The notes beneath the pieces are model-generated. The model ran no database searches. It was not told the origin of the DNA and saw only the letters and a program-made list of their open reading frames with translations. 64,000 nt of DNA from Eledone cirrhosa. Lineage: Eukaryota. Both the position numbers and the translations under genes were made by a program. The DNA lies in contig OZ024740.1 in NCBI GenBank assembly GCA_964016885.1, forward strand, positions 400,334,001 to 400,398,000, read 5' to 3'. Positions within the stretch are counted from its first letter, which is position 1. The number at the start of each line of letters is the position of its first letter. Below are positions 60,334 through 64,000 of the stretch, piece by piece.

Positions 60334-60564
60334 ATATATAAACAACTATCTGGTTGTGGAACCAACCAACCAATCAGAAATTTATAAATTTATAAATTTG
60401 TAAATTTATAAATATATAATAAATTGAAGTGAAAGCAACTGGTGCGTGTGTTTCTTATTGGCAACATGACCCTCCCAAAGTATAACAATATCGGTTTCAA
60501 CACACGATTTCAGATAAAGAATCTTGCTAAACAAATTCAGAAACGAAACATATATATATATATA

Positions 60565-61458
60565 TCCGGGAAATGCTTCTCTAGTAACATTGTCTACAAA
60601 TGTAAGGTTGAAATACCCACGTCCCGTAGGGCCTACATAGGGTTAACCGCCAATAGATTCAAGCAGCGTCTTTACATGCATACCCATTCTTTTCGTTACC
60701 CTCGTTATCTGCTGTACGGTTGATTGTTCAACCATCGTCTCGGTGTGTTTGGCCTTTAACGTTTGTTATAGCGCTGGTTCATCTGAATCATTGAGCACTT
60801 GCCACACATCTTGGAGGTTGTTTTTAGTTATTTCGTGGGCCGAAATACGATTCTCGATAATTTATATTCATATTAATCTCCAGACTCTAGCTATTGACCA
60901 GTTAATTTTTTTGATTTTTTAGTTGATTCTATTGACTGATGAATAGCTTATGTTAACTTTAACCCTTCTGTTGAGAACTCTCTTCGATCTGTGATTTTTG
61001 CATTCTTGCAATAATATACACAACTGAATTCATTCGCCTAATATAGGGGTTGCTTCCCTTGCCGATCCCCACGGGGGATCAGCAATAGTCAGTCCTTGTA
61101 TTGACATTGAACTAAAACCTGTTGAAAAAGCGGCTTCCTTGTTCAATCATCTTACCAGAAGCCTAACATTATTTATGTAAGCGGACAGTACTTGATTTAG
61201 GAGTCGCATAAACCCAAATGCTGGATTTTACCAACCTTCCAGGGGTCCGGGTACATTTTCAATCATATATATTTTTATTTGTTTGACCCGAATTACTTGA
61301 TCGTTTTTTTGGCTGTTTAACTATCGTCTCAGTGTGTTTGGCCTTTAACGTTTGTTATAGCTCTGGTTCATCTGAATCATTGAGCACTTGCCACACATCT
61401 CGGACGTTGCTTTTCGTTATTTCGTGGGCCGAATTACGATTCTCGATAATTTATATTC

Positions 61459-61460
<2 letters not shown>
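60565..61460. mobile_element. Remainder of the outer PLE: inverted GIY-YIG piece (60565-60699, +) and thumb/linker remnant (-)
   Basis: 60565-60699 = revcomp of 58868-59000; minus about 61010-60900 NHRSKRVLNRRVKVNISYSS resembles the PLE linker motif NHxxxKIFNRxxVKISYS; 60725-60870 duplicated at 61314-61459. Confidence 0.6.
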
Positions 61461-61534
<74 letters not shown>

Positions 61535-62314
61535 ATGAATATATGTAAGTATATTGTTATATATTCATAAAATAAATCGTATTAGAATAAAAAAAAAGTG
61601 ACAATGCGATAGTGAGAGATATAATGATATAGCCAACTATTTCAGAGACCTTAAGCGCTCACAAAACTTATGCTTGGATCCGTTTTCCTCACATTATGCA
61701 GCTGGGAGATAAATCATATCCAACTGCAAATGTGATAGCTAAATGAATAGACGAACGTAGGATTAAGTTTACTGCCCAGAGGAACGATGAATATTTCCAC
61801 TAGATATATATCTATGTATATGTATTTTGGTGATAATGTAAATGATGTAGGAAAGCAGAATGATTAAGGGGGTCGCTTCGCAATCATTAGGTCTCGGGTT
61901 CGATCTCACTGCATGGAGCAAGTTTCATTTAACACCCTCGTGTCAATGCATACTTAGAGAGTGAAAATGAGTAGAGGGAAAACTGTTTGGAAGCCCATCG
62001 GATGGATTGTAACTGTAATTCAATGGGCCAGCCTTGTCATACACTCTAGCACGTGAATCTCCCTAAGAATTATGTGGAATGTTCAGACACTTATACATTA
62101 ATTCGATGAGTCGGCTGTTCCGTTGATCGAAAAACTGGACCACTCTTCATCGAAAGCATCGGAGGTCATATGTATGTATGTACATATGTATGTATCTAGA
62201 TAAATAGTTATGAATTTATGAATGTATGAACGTATGCTTATATGCATATATAAATTTATGCACGTTTTTCTGATGATATTCTTTCATATATCAAGAAAAA
62301 GATAGAACGATAGA

Positions 62315-62395
<81 letters not shown>

Positions 62396-63127
62396 AAGAG
62401 ATACACAGATAGAGAAAGAGTAAGATCTAGATTCTAATCAAGAAACAATAGACCTGCATCGGAATTTAGCCATCTACGTAAATACGTATCTGTTTGCGAG
62501 TGTTCAGGTATGGATGCAATTACATGTGTGGATCAGTATGTTTTGCGTTATATGTGCACATATACATAAGTCACTTTATCCATTCATGTGCATAGGCAGT
62601 TATTACATACATATTTTACGTCTTTTTAGATTTACTGGGTGAATATTACTAAAAAAAATCCTTCCGATACCTCATGTAGGCAAACTTATCACACGGAAAG
62701 TCTTTTACGGGTAGAGGTTAGTATGGGTATCTAAGAAATTTGATGTGTCTAGCTGTTTGGAGTGATGTTAAGACTCTGCCTGGCTTATCTGGGTATTAGG
62801 AGAGGATATAGAAGAAATGTCCGCCATTAATTTAACAGAAGTATTATCCACCATTAATTTAGAGTGCACAGAGATTTCTGAGGATCATATTTTTCTTATC
62901 CCGGTTATATTGGTTAAACTTTCCTTGATAACAATTGCATCAAATCATATATTTTTATCTATCTCTACGTATATGTATATCCCGTCAGATACCAGTGAAA
63001 CCTTCAGACTGGTGACAGAGATGTTGCTAGACTAGCATTTTCGAGGTGATGTAGGCAGGGCAAGGTATTTAATTATACCATTTTTATGTACAAAAAAGTA
63101 CAGAATAAGCACAACATACATATATGT

Positions 63128-63206
<79 letters not shown>

Positions 63207-63207
<1 letters not shown>

Positions 63208-63532
63208 GTTCGGCCGGTCCCCTGTATCATGAAAAGAAAATCTTTTTCGAGGAAATTATTTGATTTTTCTGAATTTAAAGGTTTATTAAGAACGTTGATG
63301 TTTATTTTACGTTTTGCCGTCTGAAGAGCTCAGGCTCTCTAAACTGATAGTCCTCAGCGAAATATGCATAACGGAGTTTTAAATAAACTGGAATTAACTG
63401 AACATGGACTCCGATCTTTTATTAATATATAATGCTCCGTCTTGTACCATTTATACAGATCGTTGAGCCATTCTATTTATCTGCTTCACAACCGACACAC
63501 TATGGTGTGATCAGCACATCCCTGTTCTGTTA
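63207..63532 (+). mobile_element. PLE terminal remnant, family E, HHR at 63317-63374
   Basis: ccgt CTGAAGA gctcagg..cctcagc GAAA tatgca TA acgg; bulged hairpin 63434-63468. Confidence 0.78.
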
Positions 63533-63801
63533 ATCTCTCTCTCTCTCTTTCACTCTCTCTCTCTCTCTATATATATATATAGTAATAATAAATACAAGCA
63601 CCAAAATTGAAAGAGGACTCAATAATGATTATTTATACATAAGTATATATAAACCCATAGAACAACTATTTTAGATGAACCCGCTTCGGGTGGAAGCAGA
63701 AATGTTTTGCTTAAACTTCTAATCTGCACAACTAATATATAACTATATATAAATACACACACACACACACGCGTGCGCACACGCACACGCACACACAAAC
63801 G

Positions 63802-63835
<34 letters not shown>

Positions 63836-64000
63836 GCTTGTATGTGTGTGTTTTTTATGATATATCCTCACGTTAAACTGAAAAAAATATATAATTCTAT
63901 GCTAAAAAAATAGATGTTTATTAAGGTGTTTAGAATTTTTACAAGACTTTGTACCATATTTTCTCTTTCAGTGCTCAAATATAACTAGTTTGGCGAGGAA

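Larger units (their letters stand above)
59135..60550 (+). mobile_element. Third-lineage PLE with inverted 5' arm
   Basis: 59135-59630 inverted with 59990-60490; central GIY-YIG coding 59631-60076. Confidence 0.9.

Overview
AT-rich, microsatellite-saturated animal DNA with no confidently identifiable host gene. The repeat repertoire looks coleoid-cephalopod/octopus-like, which is an inference. Nearly all listed ORFs are (TA)n/(CA)n/(GA)n artefacts. The real content is mobile DNA. There is one nearly complete Penelope-like element (PLE; RT plus C-terminal GIY-YIG) with an inverted 5' arm, and GIY-YIG 3' ends of two further PLE lineages. About 15 short, often palindromic PLE-type terminal remnants sit in (TA)n tracts, alongside about 14 copies of a tRNA-derived Meta-type SINE, RTE/CR1/CRE LINE fragments, MITEs and a Helitron-like element. 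Reading the remnants by eye gives more than a dozen minimal type-I hammerhead ribozyme (HHR) folds from about 10 families. The main lead is a second structure shared by at least 7 mutually dissimilar families: a covarying bulged hairpin, RCTC-[stem-loop]-TH-GAGY. It lies downstream of the HHR/A-rich signal and about 40-65 nt from the element's 3' end, making it a candidate RT-recognition/initiation signal. All folds were done by eye and are untested.
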